Below, piece by piece: positions 42,580 through 56,760 of a DNA stretch of 64,000 nt (position 1 is the first letter of the stretch; each line of letters starts with the position of its first letter). The translations under genes were made by a program, and so were the position numbers. The DNA is from the human T2T-CHM13v2.0 reference genome, Homo sapiens. Under the pieces are notes generated by a model. That model did not search any database. It was not told where the DNA came from and saw only the letters and a program-made list of their open reading frames with translations. Location of the stretch: NCBI RefSeq assembly GCF_009914755.1, contig NC_060948.1; one strand, 5' to 3'.

Positions 42580-45500
42580 TCAAAAGGAATGTAATGGAAT
42601 GGATTGGACTGGAATGCAATGGACTCGAATAGATTGGAAACGGAATGCAAAGGAATGGAATGGAATAGTATGGAATGGAATGGAAAGGAATGGAGTGGAA
42701 TAGACTAGAGTGGAATGGAATGGACTGGAAAGCAATAGACTGGAATGGAACATTCTTGAATGGACTGGAATCAAACGGAATGGAATGCAATGCAATCAAA
42801 TGGCATGGAATAAAATAGAATGAAAGAGAATCAAATGGAATTGAATCGAATGGAATCGAATGGATTGGAAAGGAATAGAATGGAATGGAATGGAATTGAC
42901 TCAAATGGAATGGACTAGAATGGAATGGATTCGAATGGAAGGCAAAGGAATGGAATCTATTGGAATGGACTGGAATGGAATGGAAGGAATTGGAATGGAC
43001 TCGAATGGAATGGACTGCAATAGAAAGGATTCGAATGGAATGAAAAAGAATTGAATGGAATAGAACAGAATGGAATCAAATCGAATGAAATGGAATGGAA
43101 TAGAAAGGAATGGAATGAAATGGAATGGAAAGGATTCGAATGGAATGCAATCGAATGGAATGGAATCGAACGGAATGGAATAAAATGGAAGAAAACTGGC
43201 AAGAAATGGAATCGAAATGAATGGAGTGTTATGGAACGGACTCAAAAGGAATTGAATGTAATAGAATGGAGTGGAGTGGACTCGAATATAATGGACTGGA
43301 ATGGAATGAAATCACATGGAATGGGAACGAATGGAATGGAATGGAAAGGAATGGAATCGAATGGAAAGGAATCGAATGGAAGGGAATGAAATTGAATCAA
43401 CAGGAATGGAAGGGAATAGAATAGACGGTAATGGAATGGACTCGAATTGAATGGACACGAATGCTCAAATTGAATGGACAAGAATGGAATGGAAACGAAA
43501 GGAATGTCATCGAATGGAATTGAATCGATTGGAATGAAATCGCATAGAATGGAGTGGAATCAAATGGAATTGAATCGAAAGGAAAGGAAGCGAATGGACT
43601 GAAATGAAATGGAATGGAATTGAATGGAAAGTAACGCAATGGAATAGAATGGAACGAAATTTCACGGAATGGAATCAAACTGAATGGAATCAAATCAATG
43701 GAATCTAATCAAATGGAATGGAAAGGAATTGAATGGAGTAGATTGGATTGGATGGGATTGGAATGAAATGTACTGGAAAGGACTCGAATTTCAAGAAACG
43801 GAATGGAATGAATTGGAACGGAATGGACTCGAAAGGAATGGAATGTCATGGAATGGCATCAAATGGAATGGCATCAAATGGAATGGAATCGAATGCAATG
43901 GAATGCTATGGAATGGAATGGAATGCATTGGAATGGAATGTCCTCTAATGGAATGGATTCGAGTGGAATGGAATCGAATATAATGGAGTCGAATGAAATG
44001 GAATTGAAAAGAATGGGATCGAATACAATGGAATATACTGGAATGTAATGTAATGAACTCGAATGTAATTGACTGGAATGGAATGTACATGAATGGAATG
44101 TAATCGAATGGAAAGTAATCCAATGGAATAGAAACTAATGCAATAAAATCGACTCAAATAGAGTAGAATGTAATGGAATGGAGTGCAGTGCAATGGAATG
44201 GAATGGAATGGAATGCAATGGAATGGAATGGAATGTTATGGAATGGAATGGAATGGATTGGAATGGGATGGAATGGTATGGAATGGATAGTAATGGACTG
44301 GAGTGAAATGGACTGGAAAGGAATGGACTCAAATTGTAAGGGCTCGAAAGGAATGGAGTCAAATGGAATAGTCTGGAATGGAATGAACACGAATGTAATG
44401 CAATCCAATAGAATGTAATCGAATGGCATGGAATATAAAGAAATGGAATCGAAGAGAATGGAAACAAATGGAATGGAATTGAATGGAATGGAATTGAATG
44501 GAATGGGAACGAATGGAGTGAAATTGTATGCAGTAGAAGAGAATAGAATGGAATGCAAGCGAAAGGAAAGGAATGGATTGGAATGGAATGGAATTCATTG
44601 GAATGGAAGGGAATGTAGTGTAATGGACAGGCCTGGAATAAAGTGGAATGCTACGGTCTCGAATGGAATAAAAATGTATGGAATGGAATGCAATGAAACG
44701 GAATCGAATGTCATAGAATGTAATGGAATGCAACAAAATGGAATCCAAAATCATTGACTGGAAAGGCTGGGTGTCGAAAGGAATTGACTCCAATGGAATG
44801 GAATCGAATGGAATGGAAGTGAATAGAATCGAACTAAATCGAATGGAATGGAATTGATAGGAACGGAATGGAGAGGAATGCAATGATTTGGCATGGAATG
44901 CAATCGAATGGCATCGAATGGAATGGAATGGAATGCAATGGAATGGAATGTATTAGAATGTAATGAACTTTAATGGAATGTACTCGAATGGATTCGACTG
45001 GAATGGAATGTTCTGGAAGTGAATGGACTCCAATGGAATGGATTCAAAAGGAATGGAATCGTACGGAATGGAATCTAATGGAATGGAATTAAATGGAAAT
45101 GAATCAAATTGAATAGCACGGAATTGAATTGAATGGAATGGAATGCAATGGAATCTAATGAAACGGAAAGGAAAGGAATGGAATGGAATGGAATGGGCTG
45201 GAATGGAAAGGAATCGAAACGAATGGAATGGAATCGAAGTGAAGAGACTGGAATGGAATGCACTGGAATGGAAGGGAGTGTAATGGAAGGTTCTCGAAAA
45301 AAATGGAATCGAATGGAATGGAATTGAATGGAACGGAATAGAGTCGAATGGAATTGAATGGAATGGAATGGACTAGAGTGAAATGGAATCGAACCACAAG
45401 GAATGGACAGGAATAGAATGGTCTCGAATTGAATGGAATCGTATGGAATGGCATCAAACGGAATGGAATGGACAGCCACGGAATGGAATGCACTCGAATG

Positions 45501-46143
45501 CAATGGAGTCGAAACTAATGGACTGGAATAGAATGGACTCGACTGGTACGGACTCCAATGGAATGGAATCGAATGGAAGGGAATCGAACGGAATGGACTC
45601 GAAGGGAAAAGACTGCAATGGAAAGGTCTCGAATGGAATGGAAATTAATGGAATGGAATGGAATCGAATGAAATGGAGTCAAAAGGAATGGAATCGAATG
45701 GCAAGAAATCGAATGTAATGGAATCGCAAGGAATTGATGTGAACGGAACGGAATGGAATGGAATCCAAAGGAATGGAATAGAATGGAATGGAATCGAATG
45801 GAAAGGACTCGAATGGAAATCACTCGAATAGAATGCAATTTAATAAAATAGGATCAAATGTAATGGAATGGAATGGAAAGGAATCGAAACGAAAGGAATG
45901 GAGACAGATGGAATGGAATGGAACAGAGAGCAATGGTATAGAATGGAATGGAATCATCTGGAATGGAATTGAATGGAATGGAATAATATGAAATGGAATG
46001 GAATGGAATGGAATGGAATGCCCTTGAATTAAATGGACTGGAATGGAATGGACTCGAACAGAGTGGAATGGAAAGTGTTGAGATAGAATGGAATGGACTC
46101 GTTTGGAATGGTCTAGTATGCAATGCAATCGACTGGCAGGGAA
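42580..46143 (+). repeat. DYZ1 unit 13 (3564 bp; haplotype B)
   Basis: Anchor spacing. Near-identical to unit 12. Confidence 0.9.
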
Positions 46144-49100
46144 TCAAAAGGAATGTAATGGAATGGATTGGACTGGAATGCAATGGACTCGAATAGATTG
46201 GAAACGGAATGCAAAGGAATGGAATGGAATAGTATGGAATGGAATGGAAAGGAATGGAGTGGAATAGACTAGAGTGGAATGGAATGGACTGGAAAGCAAT
46301 AGACTGGAATGGAACTTTCTTGAATGGACTGGAATCAAACGGAATGGAATGCAATGCAATCAAATGGCATGGAATAAAATAGAATGAAAGAGAATCAAAT
46401 GGAATTGAATCGAATGGAATCGAATGGATTGGAAAGGAATAGAATGGAATGGAATGGAATTGACTCAAATGGAATGGACTAGAATGGAATGGATTCGAAT
46501 GGAAGGCAAAGGAATGGAATCTATTGGAATGGACTGTAATGGAATGGAATGGAAGGGATTGGAATGGACTCGAATGGAATGGACTGCAATAGAAAGGATT
46601 CGAATGGAATGAAAAAGAATTGAATGGAATAGAACAGAATGGAATCAAATCGAATGAAATGGAGTGGAATAGAAAGGAATGGAATGAAATGGAATGGAAA
46701 GGATTCGAATGGAATGCAATCGAATGGAATGGAATCGAACGGAATGGAATAAAATGGAAGAAAACTGGCAAGAAATGGAATCGAAATGAATGGAGTGTTA
46801 TGGAACGGACTCAAAAGGAATTGAATGTAATAGAATGGAGTGGAGTGGACTCGAATATAATGGACTGGAATGGAATGAAATCACATGGAATGGGAACGAA
46901 TGGAATGGAATGGAAAGGAATGGAATCGAATGGAAAGGAATCGAATGGAAGGGAATGAAATTGAATCAACAGGAATGGAAGGGAATAGAATAGACGGTAA
47001 TGGAATGGACTCGAATTGAATGGACACGAATGCTCAAATTGAATGGACTCGAATGGAATGGAAACGAAAGGAATGTCATCGAATGGAATTGAATCGATTG
47101 GAATGAAATCGCATAGAATGGAGTGGAATCAAATGGAATTGAATCGAAAGGAAAGGAAGCGAATGGACTGAAATGAAATGGAATGGAATTGAATGGAAAG
47201 TAATGCAATGGAATAGAATGGAACGAAATTTCACGGAATGGAATCAAACTGAATGGAATCAAACCAATGGAATCAAATCAAATGGAATGGAAAGGAATTG
47301 AATGGAGTAGATTGGATTGGATGGGATTGGAATGAAATGTACTGGAAAGGACTCGAATTTCATGAAACGGAATGGAATGAATTGGAACGGAACGGACTCG
47401 AATGGAATGGAATGTCATGGAATGGCATCAAATGGAATGGCATCAAATGGAATGGAATCGAATGCAATGGAATGCTATGGAATGGAATGGAATGCATTTT
47501 AATGGAATGTCCTCTAATGGAATGGATTCGAGTGGAATGGAATCGAATATAATGGAGTCGAATGAAATGGAATTGAAAGGAATGGGATCAAATACAATGG
47601 AATATACTGGAATGTAATGTAATGAACTCGAATGTAATTGACTGGAATGGAATGTACATGAATGGAATGTAATCGAATGGAAAGTAATCCAATGGAATAG
47701 AATCTAATGCAATAAAATCGACTCAGATAGAGTAGAATGTAATGGAATGGAGTGCAGTGCAATGGAATGGAATGGAATGCAATGGAATGGAATGGAATGG
47801 AATGGAATGGAATGGAATGGAATGGTGTGGAATGGATAGTAATGGACTGGAGTGAAATGGACTGGAAAGGAATGGACTCAAATTGAATGGGCTCGAAAGG
47901 AATGGAGTCAAATGGAATGGTCTGGAATGGAATGAACACGAATGTAATGCAATCCAATAGAATGGAATCGAATGGCATGGAATATAAAGAAATGGAATCG
48001 AAGAGAATGGAAACAAATGGAATGGAATTGAATGGAATGGAATTGAATGGAATGGGAAGGAATGGAGTGAAATTGTATGCAGTAGAAGAGAATAGAATGG
48101 AATGCAAGTGAAAGGAAAGGAATGGATTGGAATGGAATGGAATTCATTGGAATGGAAGGGAATGTAGTGTAATGGACAGGCCTGGAATAAAGTGGAATGC
48201 TACGGTCTCGAATGGTATAAAAATGTATGGAATGGAATGCAATAAAACGGAATCGAATGTCATAGAATGTAATGGAATGCAAAAAAATGGAATCCAAAAT
48301 CATTGACTGGAAAGGCTGGGTGTCGAAAGGAATTGACTCCAATGGAATGGAATCGAATGGAATGGAAGTGAATAGAATCGAACTAAATCGAATGGAATGG
48401 AATTGATAGGAACGGAATGGAAAGGAATGCAATGATTTGGCATGGAATGGAATCGAATGGCATCGAATGGAATGGAATGGAATGCAATGGAATGGAATGT
48501 ATTAGAATGTAATGAACTTTAATGGAATGTACTCGAATGGATTCGACTGGAATGGAATGTTCTGGAAGTGAATGGACTCCAATGGAATGGATTCCAAAGG
48601 AATGGAATCGTACGGAATGGAATCTAATGGAATGGAATTAAATGGAAATGAATCAAATTGAATAGCACGGAATTGAATTGAATGGAATGGAATGCAATGG
48701 AATCTAATGAAACGGAAAGGAAAGGAATGGAATGGAATGGAATGGGCTGGAATGGAAAGGAATCGAAACGAATGCAATGGAATCGAACTGAAGAGACTGG
48801 AATGGAATGCACTGGAATGGAAGGGAGTGTAATGGAAGGTTCTCGAAAAAAATGGAATGGAATGGAATGGAATTGAATGGAACGGAATAGAGTCGAATGG
48901 AATTGAATGGAATGGAATGGACTAGAGTGAAATGGAATCGAACCACAAGGAATGGACAGGAATAGAATGGTCTCGAATTGAATGGAATCGTATGGAATGG
49001 CATCAAACGGAATGGAATGGACAGCCACGGAATGGAATGCACTCGAATGCAATGGAGTCGAAACTAATGGACTGGAATAGAATGGACTCGACTGGTACGG

Positions 49101-49687
49101 ACTGCAATGGAATGGAATCGAATGGAAGGGAATCGAACGGAATGGACTCGAAGGGAAAAGACTGCAATGGAAAGGTCTCGAATGGAATGGAAATTAATGG
49201 AATGGAATGGAATCGAATGAAATGGAGTCAAAAGGAATGGAATCGAATGGCAAGAAATCGAATGTAATGGAATCGCAAGGAATTGATGTGAACGGAACGG
49301 AATGGAATGGAATCCAAAGGAATGGAATAGAATGGAATGGAATCGAATGGAAAGGACTCGAATGGAAATCACTCGAATAGAATGCAATTTAATAAAATAG
49401 GATCAAATGTAATGGAATGGAATGGAAAGGAATCGAAACGAAAGGAATGGAGACAGATGGAATGGAATGGAACAGAGAGCAATGGTATAGAATGGAATGG
49501 AATCATCTGGAATGGAATTGAATGGAATGGAATAATATGAAATGGAATGGAATGGAATGGAATGCCCTTGAATTAAATGGACTGGAATGGAATGGACTCG
49601 AACAGAGTGGAATGGAAAGTGTTGAGATAGAATGGAATGGACTCCTTTGGAATGGTCTAGTAGGCAATGCAATCGACTGGCAGGGAA
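46144..49687 (+). repeat. DYZ1 unit 14 (3544 bp; chimeric, unit-10-like start then haplotype D)
   Basis: Anchor spacing. Marker switch between ~47017 and ~47264. Confidence 0.88.
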
Positions 49688-52600
49688 TCAAAAGGAATGT
49701 AATGGAATGGATTGGACTGGAATGCAATGGACTCGAATAGATTGGAAACGGAATGCAAAGGAATGGAATGGAATAGTATGGAATGGAATGGAAAGGAATG
49801 CAGTGGAATAGACTAGAGTGGAATGGAATGGACTGGAAAGCAATGGACTGGAATGGAACTTTATTGAATGGACTGGAATCAAACGGAATGGAATGCAATG
49901 CAATCAAATGGCATGGAATAAAATAGAATGAAAGAGAATCAAATGGAATTGAATCGAATGGAATCGAATGGATTGGAAAGGAATAGAATGGAATGGAATG
50001 GAATTGACTCAAATGGAATGGACTAGAATGGAATGGATTCGAATGGAAGGCAAAGGAATGGAATCTATTGGAATGGACTGTAATGGAATGGAATGGAAGG
50101 GATTGGAATGGACTCGAATGCAATGGACTGCAATAGAAAGGATTCGAATGGAATGAAAAAGAATTGAATGGAATAGAACAGAATGGAATCAAATCGAATG
50201 AAATGGAATGGAATAGAAAGGAATGGAATGAAATGGAATGGAAAGGATTCGAATGGAATGCAATCGAATGGAATGGAATCGAACGGAATGGAATAAAATG
50301 GAAGAAAACTGGCAAGAAATGGAATCGAAATGAATGGAGTGTTATGGAACGGACTCAAAAGGAATTGAATGTAATAGAATGGAGTGGAGTGGACTCGAAT
50401 ATAATGGACTGGAATGGAATGAAATCACATGGAATGGGAACGAATGGAATGGAATGGAAAGGAATGGAATCGAATGGAAAGGAATCGAATGGAAGGGAAT
50501 GAAATTGAATCAACAGGAATGGAAGGGAATAGAATAGACGGTAATGGAATGGACTCGAATAGAATGGACACGAATGCTCAAATTGAATGGACTCGAATGG
50601 AATGGAAACGAAAGGAATGTCATCGAATGGAATTGAATCGATTGGAATGAAATCGCATAGAATGGAGTGGAATCAAATGGAATTGAATCGAAAGGAAAGG
50701 AAGCGAATGGACTGAAATGAAATGGAATGGAATTGAATGGAAAGTAATGCAATGGAATAGAATGGAACGAAATTTCACGGAATGGAATCAAACTGAATGG
50801 AATCAAACCAATGGAATCAAATCAAATGGAATGGAAAGGAATTGAATGGAGTAGATTGGATTGGATGGGATTGGAATGAAATGTACTGGAAAGGACTCGA
50901 ATTTCATGAAACGGAATGGAATGAATTGGAACGGAATGGACTCGAATGGAATGGAATGTCATGGAATGGCATCAAATGGAATGGCATCAAATGGAATGGA
51001 ATCGAATGCAATGGAATGCTATGGAATGGAATGGAATGCATTTTAATGGAATGTCCTCTAATGGAATGGATTCGAGTGGAATGGAATCGAATATAATGGA
51101 GTCGAATGAAATGGAATTGAAAGGAATGGGATCGAATACAATGGAATATACTGGAATGTAATGTAATGAACTCGAATGTAATTGACTGGAATGGAATGTA
51201 CATGAATGGAATGTAATCGAATGGAAAGTAATCCAATGGAATAGAATCTAATGCAATAAAATCGACTCAGATAGAGTAGAATGTAATGGAATGGAGTGCA
51301 GTGCAATGGAATGGAATGGAATGGAATGCAATGGAATGGAATGGAATGGAATGGAATGGAATGGAATGGAATGGAATGGTGTGGAATGGATAGTAATGGA
51401 CTGGAGTGAAATGGACTGGAAAGGAATGGACTCAAATTGAATGGGCTCGAAAGGAATGGAGTCAAATGGAATGGTCTGGAATGGAATGAACACGAATGTA
51501 ATGCAATCCAATAGAATGGAATCGAATGGCATGGAATATAAAGAAATGGAATCGAAGAGAATGGAAACAAATGGAATGGAATTGAATGGAATGGAATTGA
51601 ATGGAATGGGAAGGAATGGAGTGAAATTGTATGCAGTAGAAGAGAATAGAATGGAATGCAAGTGAAAGGAAAGGAATGGATTGGAATGGAATGGAATTCA
51701 TTGGAATGGAAGGGAATGTAGTGTAATGGACAGGCCTGGAATAAAGTGGAATGCTACGGTCTCGAATGGTATAAAAATGTATGGAATGGAATGCAATGAA
51801 ACGGAATCGAATGTCATAGAATGTAATGGAATGCAAAAAAATGGAATCCAAAATCATTGACTGGAAAGGCTGGGTGTCGAAAGGAATTGACTCCAATGGA
51901 ATGGAATCGAATGGAATGGAAGTGAATAGAATCGAACTAAATCGAATGGAATGGAATTGATAGGAACGGAATGGAAAGGAATGCAATGATTTGGCATGGA
52001 ATGGAATCGAATGGCATCGAATGGAATGGAATGGAATACAATGGAATGGAATGTATTAGAATGTAATGAACTTTAATGGAATGTACTCGAATGGATTCGA
52101 CTGGAATGGAATGTTCTGGAAGTGAATGGACTCCAATGGAATGGATTCCAAAGGAATGGAATCGTACGGAATGGAATCTAATGGAATGGAATTAAATGGA
52201 AATGAATCAAATTGAATAGCACGGAATTGAATTGAATGGAATGGAATGCAATGGAATCTAATGAAACGGAAAGGAAAGGAATGGAATGGAATGGAATGGG
52301 CTGGAATGGAAAGGAATCGAAACGAATGCAATGGAATCGAACTGAAGAGACTGGAATGGAATGCACTGGAATGGAAGGGAGTGTAATGGAAGGTTCTCGA
52401 AAAAAATGGAATGGAATGGAATGGAATTGAATGGAACGGAATAGAGTCGAATGGAATTGAATGGAATGGAATGGACTAGAGTGAAATGGAATCGAACCAC
52501 AAGGAATGGACAGGAATAGAATGGTCTCGAATTGAATGGAATCGTATGGAATGGCATCAAACGGAATGGAATGGACAGCCACGGAATGGAATGCACTCGA

Positions 52601-53241
52601 ATGCAATGGAGTCGAAACTAATGGACTGGAATAGAATGGACTCGACTGGTACGGACTCCAATGGAATGGAATCGAATGGAAGGGAATCGAACGGAATGGA
52701 CTCGAAGGGAAAAGACTGCAATGGAAAGGTCTCGAATGGAATGGAAATTAATGGAATGGAATGGAATCGAATGAAATGGAGTCAAAAGGAATGGAATCGA
52801 ATGGCAAGAAATCGAATGTAATGGAATCGCAAGGAATTGATGTGAACGGAACGGAATGGAATGGAATCCAAAGGAATGGAATAGAATGGAATGGAATCGA
52901 ATGGAAAGGACTCGAATGGAAATCACTCGAATAGAATGCAATTTAATAAAATAGGATCAAATGTAATGGAATGGAATGGAAAGGAATCGAAACGAAAGGA
53001 ATGGAGACAGATGGAATGGAATGGAACAGAGAGCAATGGTATAGAATGGAATGGAATCATCTGGAATGGAATTGAATGGAATGGAATAATATGAAATGGA
53101 ATGGAATGGAATGGAATGCCCTTGAATTAAATGGACTGGAATGGAATGGACTCGAACAGAGTGGAATGGAAAGTGTTGAGATAGAATGGAATGGACTCGT
53201 TTGGAATGGTCTAGTAGGCAATGCAATCGACTGGCAGGGAA
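49688..53241 (+). repeat. DYZ1 unit 15 (3554 bp; haplotype D)
   Basis: Anchor spacing. D markers GCATTTTAAT, GCAAGTGAAAGG, GGTATAAAAATG. Confidence 0.9.
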
Positions 53242-56200
53242 TCAAAAGGAATGTAATGGAATGGATTGGACTGGAATGCAATGGACTCGAATAGATTGGA
53301 AACGGAATGCAAAGGAATGGAATGGAATAGTATGGAATGGAATGGAAAGGAATGCAGTGGAATAGACTAGAGTGGAATGGAATGGACTGGAAAGCAATGG
53401 ACTGGAATGGAACTTTATTGAATGGACTGGAATCAAACGGAATGGAATGCAATGCAATCAAATGGCATGGAATAAAATAGAATGAAAGAGAATCAAATGG
53501 AATTGAATCGAATGGAATCGAATGGATTGGAAAGGAATAGAATGGAATGGAATGGAATGGACTAGAATGGAATGGATTCGAATGGAAGGCAAAGGAATGG
53601 AATCTATTGGAATGGACTGTAATGGAATGGAATGGAAGGGATTGGAATGGACTCGAATGGAATGGACTGCAATAGAAAGGATTCGAATGGAATGAAAAAG
53701 AATTGAATGGAATAGAACAGAATGGAATCAAATCGAATGAAATGGAATGGAATAGAAAGGAATGGAATGAAATGGAATGGAAAGGATTCGAATGGAATGC
53801 AATCGAATGGAATGGAATCGAACGGAATGGAATAAAATGGAAGAAAACTGGCAAGAAATGGAATCGAAATGAATGGAGTGTTATGGAACGGACTCAAAAG
53901 GAATTGAATGTAATAGAATGGAGTGGAGTGGACTCGAATATAATGGACTGGAATGGAATGAAATCACATGGAATGGGAACGAATGGAATGGAATGGAAAG
54001 GAATGGAATCGAATGGAAAGGAATCGAATGGAAGGGAATGAAATTGAATCAACAGGAATGGAAGGGAATAGAATAGACGGTAATGGAATGGACTCGAATA
54101 GAATGGACACGAATGCTCAAATTGAATGGACTCGAATGGAATGGAAACGAAAGGAATGTCATCGAATGGAATTGAATCGATTGGAATGAAATCGCATAGA
54201 ATGGAGTGGAATCAAATGGAATTGAATCGAAAGGAAAGGAAGCGAATGGACTGAAATGAAATGGAATGGAATTGAATGGAAAGTAATGCAATGGAATAGA
54301 ATGGAACGAAATTTCACGGAATGGAATCAAACTGAATGGAATCAAACCAATGGAATCAAATCAAATGGAATGGAAAGGAATTGAATGGAGTAGATTGGAT
54401 TGGATGGGATTGGAATGAAATGTACTGGAAAGGACTCGAATTTCATGAAACGGAATGGAATGAATTGGAACGGAACGGACTCGAATGGAATGGAATGTCA
54501 TGGAATGGCATCAAATGGAATGGCATCAAATGGAATGGAATCGAATGCAATGGAATGCTATGGAATGGAATGGAATGCATTTTAATGGAATGTCCTCTAA
54601 TGGAATGGATTCGAGTGGAATGGAATCGAATATAATGGAGTCGAATGAAATGGAATTGAAAGGAATGGGATCGAATACAATGGAATATACTGGAATGTAA
54701 TGTAATGAACTCGAATGTAATTGACTGGAATGGAATGTACATGAATGGAATGTAATCGAATGGAAAGTAATCCAATGGAATAGAATCTAATGCAATAAAA
54801 TCGACTCAGATAGAGTAGAATGTAATGGAATGGAGTGCAGTGCAATGGAATGGAATGGAATGCAATGGAATGGAATGGAATGGAATGGAATGGAATGGAA
54901 TGGAATGGAATGGTGTGGAATGTATAGTAATGGACTGGAGTGAAATGGACTGGAAAGGAATGGACTCAAATTGAATGGGCTCGAAAGGAATGGAGTCAAA
55001 TGGAATGGTCTGGAATGGAATGAACACGAATGTAATGCAATCCAATAGAATGGAATCGAATGGCATGGAATATAAAGAAATGGAATCGAAGAGAATGGAA
55101 ACAAATGGAATGGAATTGAATGGAATGGGAAGGAATGGAGTGAAATTGTATGCAGTAGAAGAGAATAGAATGGAATGCAAGTGAAAGGAAAGGAATGGAT
55201 TGGAATGGAATGGAATTCATTGGAATGGAAGGGAATGTAGTGTAATGGACAGGCCTGGAATAAAGTGGAATGCTACGGTCTCGAATGGTATAAAAATGTA
55301 TGGAATGGAATGCAATAAAACGGAATCGAATGTCATAGAATGTAATGGAATGCAAAAAAATGGAATCCAAAATCATTGACTGGAAAGGCTGGGTGTCGAA
55401 AGGAATTGACTCCAATGGAATGGAATCGAATGGAATGGAAGTGAATAGAATCGAACTAAATCGAATGGAATGGAATTGATAGGAACGGAATGGAAAGGAA
55501 TGCAATGATTTGGCATGGAATGGAATCGAATGGCATCGAATGGAATGGAATGGAATGCAATGGAATGGAATGTATTAGAATGTAATGAACTTTAATGGAA
55601 TGTACTCGAATGGATTCGACTGGAATGGAATGTTCTGGAAGTGAATGGACTCCAATGGAATGGATTCCAAAGGAATGGAATCGTACGGAATGGAATCTAA
55701 TGGAATGGAATTAAATGGAAATGAATCAAATTGAATAGCACGGAATTGAATTGAATGGAATGGAATGCAATGGAATCTAATGAAACGGAAAGGAAAGGAA
55801 TGGAATGGAATGGAATGGGCTGGAATGGAAAGGAATCGAAACGAATGCAATGGAATCGAACTGAAGAGACTGGAATGGAATGCACTGGAATGGAAGGGAG
55901 TGTAATGGAAGGTTCTCGAAAAAAATGGAATGGAATGGAATGGAATTGAATGGAACGGAATAGAGTCGAATGGAATTGAATGGAATGGAATGGACTAGAG
56001 TGAAATGGAATCGAACCACAAGGAATGGACAGGAATAGAATGGTCTCGAATTGAATGGAATCGTATGGAATGGCATCAAACGGAATGGAATGGACAGCCA
56101 CGGAATGGAATGCACTCGAATGCAATGGAGTCGAAACTAATGGACTGGAATAGAATGGACTCGACTGGTACGGACTCCAATGGAATGGAATCGAATGGAA

Positions 56201-56760
56201 GGGAATCGAACGGAATGGACTCGAAGGGAAAAGACTGCAATGGAAAGGTCTCGAATGGAATGGAAATTAATGGAATGGAATGGAATCGAATGAAATGGAG
56301 TCAAAAGGAATGGAATCGAATGGCAAGAAATCGAATGTAATGGAATCGCAAGGAATTGATGTGAACGGAACGGAATGGAATGGAATCCAAAGGAATGGAA
56401 TAGAATGGAATGGAATCGAATGGAAAGGACTCGAATGGAAATCACTCGAATAGAATGCAATTTAATAAAATAGGATCAAATGTAATGGAATGGAATGGAA
56501 AGGAATCGAAACGAAAGGAATGGAGACAGATGGAATGGAATGGAACAGAGAGCAATGGTATAGAATGGAATGGAATCATCTGGAATGGAATTGAATGGAA
56601 TGGAATAATATGAAATGGAATGGAATGGAATGGAATGCCCTTGAATTAAATGGACTGGAATGGAATGGACTCGAACAGAGTGGAATGGAAAGTGTTGAGA
56701 TAGAATGGAATGGACTCGTTTGGAATGGTCTAGTATGCAATGCAATCGACTGGCAGGGAA
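53242..56760 (+). repeat. DYZ1 unit 16 (3519 bp; haplotype D)
   Basis: Anchor spacing. D markers plus two 15-bp deletions. Confidence 0.9.
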
